DNA of 64,000 nucleotides from Escherichia coli (GTDB lineage Bacteria; Pseudomonadota; Gammaproteobacteria; Enterobacterales; Enterobacteriaceae): NCBI RefSeq assembly GCF_051903065.1, contig NZ_CP178438.1; one strand, 5' to 3'. Shown piece by piece: positions 61,513 to 64,000 of this stretch (position 1 is its first letter; each line of letters starts with the position of its first letter). The notes under the pieces were generated by a model. It saw only the letters and a program-made list of their open reading frames with translations, ran no database searches and was not told where the DNA came from. The position numbers and the translations under genes were made by a program.

Positions 61513-63162
61513 ATGGAAATCTTCTTCACCATACTGATAATGACCCTCGTGGTCTCGCTGTCCGGGGTGGTCACTCGTGTCATGCCCTTTCAGATCCCGC
61601 TTCCGCTTATGCAAATCGCCATCGGTGCGCTACTGGCGTGGCCGACGTTTGGTTTGCATGTGGAGTTTGATCCTGAACTCTTTTTAGTCTTGTTTATCCC
61701 GCCGTTGCTGTTCGCTGATGGCTGGAAAACGCCGACCCGTGAATTTCTCGAACATGGTCGAGAGATTTTCGGCCTCGCACTGGCGCTGGTGGTGGTCACC
61801 GTGGTCGGCATTGGCTTCCTTATTTACTGGGTGGTGCCGGGCATTCCGCTGATCCCCGCCTTTGCGCTGGCGGCGGTACTTTCTCCGACCGATGCTGTGG
61901 CGCTCTCCGGGATTGTTGGCGAAGGGCGCATCCCGAAAAAAATCATGGGCATTTTGCAGGGCGAAGCGTTGATGAATGACGCCTCCGGTCTGGTGTCGTT
62001 GAAGTTTGCCGTAGCAGTGGCGATGGGGACGATGATCTTCACCGTCGGCGGTGCGACGGTCGAATTTATGAAAGTAGCCATTGGCGGTATTCTCGCCGGT
62101 TTTGTGGTTAGCTGGCTGTACGGTCGCTCGCTGCGATTCCTCAGCCGCTGGGGCGGTGATGAACCCGCGACGCAGATCGTCCTGCTGTTCCTGCTGCCAT
62201 TCGCTTCTTATCTGATTGCCGAACATATTGGCGTTTCCGGCATCCTCGCTGCGGTTGCCGCCGGGATGACCATCACCCGCTCCGGTGTGATGCGCCGTGC
62301 GCCACTGGCAATGCGCCTGCGCGCAAACAGCACCTGGGCGATGCTGGAATTTGTCTTTAACGGCATGGTGTTCCTGCTGTTAGGTCTGCAGCTACCGGGT
62401 ATTCTGGAGACGTCGCTGATGGCGGCAGAAATCGACCCTAACGTCGAAATCTGGATGCTGTTTACCGATATTATTCTGATATATGCGGCGCTGATGCTGG
62501 TCCGTTTCGGCTGGCTGTGGACGATGAAAAAGTTCAGCAACCGCTTCCTGAAGAAGAAGCCGATGGAGTTTGGTTCGTGGACCACACGAGAAATCCTGAT
62601 CGCGTCTTTCGCTGGGGTGCGTGGGGCGATCACTCTGGCCGGTGTGCTCTCAATCCCGCTGCTCTTGCCGGATGGTAACGTCTTCCCGGCGCGCTATGAG
62701 CTGGTGTTCCTGGCGGCTGGCGTCATTCTCTTCTCGCTGTTTGTCGGCGTGGTGATGTTGCCTATTCTGCTACAACACATTGAAGTCGCGGACCATTCGC
62801 AACAATTGAAAGAAGAACGTATTGCGCGAGCGGCAACGGCAGAAGTGGCGATTGTGGCGATCCAGAAAATGGAGGAGCGTCTGGCGGCGGATACCGAAGA
62901 GAATATCGATAACCAGCTGCTTACGGAGGTCAGTTCTCGCGTCATTGGTAACCTGCGTCGTCGCGCCGATGGACGTAACGACGTTGAAAGTTCCGTGCAG
63001 GAAGAGAACCTTGAGCGTCGCTTCCGTCTGGCGGCATTGCGTTCTGAACGTGCTGAACTGTACCACCTACGCGCCACGCGGGAGATCAGCAACGAAACGC
63101 TGCAAAAATTACTGCACGATCTCGATTTGCTTGAAGCGTTGTTGATTGAGGAAAATCAGTAA
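61513..63162 (+). CDS. yjcE: Na+/H+ exchanger-family membrane protein (CPA1)
   Basis: 549 aa; ~12 predicted TM segments and hydrophilic C-terminal tail. Confidence 0.85.
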   Translation: MEIFFTILIMTLVVSLSGVVTRVMPFQIPLPLMQIAIGALLAWPTFGLHVEFDPELFLVLFIPPLLFADGWKTPTREFLEHGREIFGLALALVVVTVVGIGFLIYWVVPGIPLIPAFALAAVLSPTDAVALSGIVGEGRIPKKIMGILQGEALMNDASGLVSLKFAVAVAMGTMIFTVGGATVEFMKVAIGGILAGFVVSWLYGRSLRFLSRWGGDEPATQIVLLFLLPFASYLIAEHIGVSGILAAVAAGMTITRSGVMRRAPLAMRLRANSTWAMLEFVFNGMVFLLLGLQLPGILETSLMAAEIDPNVEIWMLFTDIILIYAALMLVRFGWLWTMKKFSNRFLKKKPMEFGSWTTREILIASFAGVRGAITLAGVLSIPLLLPDGNVFPARYELVFLAAGVILFSLFVGVVMLPILLQHIEVADHSQQLKEERIARAATAEVAIVAIQKMEERLAADTEENIDNQLLTEVSSRVIGNLRRRADGRNDVESSVQEENLERRFRLAALRSERAELYHLRATREISNETLQKLLHDLDLLEALLIEENQ

Positions 63163-63315
63163 GCCGAAAGCGACGTAACCAGGCCCGAGGTAATCTGAAA
63201 AAGGTGCAATCTTTTGCACCTTTAACAGGTTAGCTCGGGCTAACATTCATGATTCTAAAACAAATAAGTTATCTCTCTTTTAAAGTCATTTCATTGGCTG
63301 TTCTTCGACTTAATC

Positions 63316-64000
63316 TCAATCTGCGTGTTGCATAATATCTGCAGTAATCTTCATAGCTACTTCATGAGTATTATTCTCAGTTTGTGACATGCCAGTATGA
63401 GAGGTACAATCTTCTTCAAAGAATTTCTGTAGTGTTACCAGGGTATCACTATTAATGGGAATATTCTCCTCCCCACGGAGAATGGAAATGCCCATTCCCT
63501 GGACGCTAGCCTCATCGAAATTAACCCGATAGAGACGGGTATTAAACATCCAGGCTTTTGTTAAAACAGAACAGTTGAAATGGCAATTGCTTAAATTGGC
63601 ATTATTAAAATTAACATTAGCCATATTAGAGCCGGTACATATAACCATTTCGAGGAACGTATTTGTTAACCGCGTAAAAAAGAGTTTGCTATCAATTAAG
63701 TTTATATTCTGGAGGGTTGCTTTATTCAGGTTGACACGAGACAGATCAGCATGTTCAAAGTTAATTAAATCAAGTTTAGAGAAGCTAAGGTCGGCTCTAA
63801 ATAAATTAATATATGGCGCTATTACTTTATAAAGATTTACCTCAGCCATGTATGCCATATAAAAATTTGAATAATCAAGGAAGGTATTTTTAATATTGGC
63901 TCTATTCATTGTTGCATTGTAGAATTGAACATGCATAGCGGAACATGAATTTAGAGTTCCGTCAGTCATTTTTATCTGAGCGAAATTTGAGTCATCGAGA
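63316..64000 (-). CDS. yjcF: pentapeptide-repeat protein, probably truncated by the window edge
   Basis: Repetitive A(D/N)LSxxNL-type pentapeptide units; reading frame is open upstream of the ATG at 63969 to the window end. Confidence 0.6.
   Translation of the reverse strand, partial: LDDSNFAQIKMTDGTLNSCSAMHVQFYNATMNRANIKNTFLDYSNFYMAYMAEVNLYKVIAPYINLFRADLSFSKLDLINFEHADLSRVNLNKATLQNINLIDSKLFFTRLTNTFLEMVICTGSNMANVNFNNANLSNCHFNCSVLTKAWMFNTRLYRVNFDEASVQGMGISILRGEENIPINSDTLVTLQKFFEEDCTSHTGMSQTENNTHEVAMKITADIMQHAD

Overview
This window reads as an Enterobacteriaceae (E. coli-like) chromosomal segment running dgkA(3' end)-lexA-dinF-yjbJ-zur ... dusA-pspG-qorA-dnaB-alr-tyrB-aphA-yjbQ-yjbR-uvrA-ssb-yjcB-pdeC-soxS-soxR-ghxP-yjcE-yjcF, interrupted by a ~38.5 kb prophage inserted in the 5' end of dusA (about 4751-43271). 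All calls rest on reading the supplied translations and the DNA by eye plus recalled family knowledge; no database search or computation was run, so family names are recognitions from memory. The prophage is mosaic: a candidate cargo cassette at attL, a leftward early operon, a lambdoid immunity core (CI-like repressor/Cro-like with TTGC-N7-GCAA operators), an O-like replication initiator with internal iterons, a nin-like block (Dam-like methyltransferase, LexA-DNA-binding-domain-only protein, RusA, KilA-N, DUF968), Q-like antiterminator, lysis cassette, HNH/terminase, HK97-like head genes, a Mu/e14-like contractile tail, a Pin-family invertase, a DinI-like gene behind two LexA boxes, and a dusA-targeting tyrosine integrase. 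The best candidate for an undescribed system is the self-contained cassette just inside attL (4960-6362): promoter, DUF4065/Panacea-like protein, translationally coupled Cys-rich 139-aa protein of no recognisable family, 57-aa protein, terminator. Other loci worth follow-up are an AT-rich secreted-protein moron inside the tail module, the phage LexA-DBD paralog, and a ~600 nt structured leader downstream of the putative pL. ORF-track starts were corrected where the track had clearly extended to an upstream ATG/GTG/TTG.
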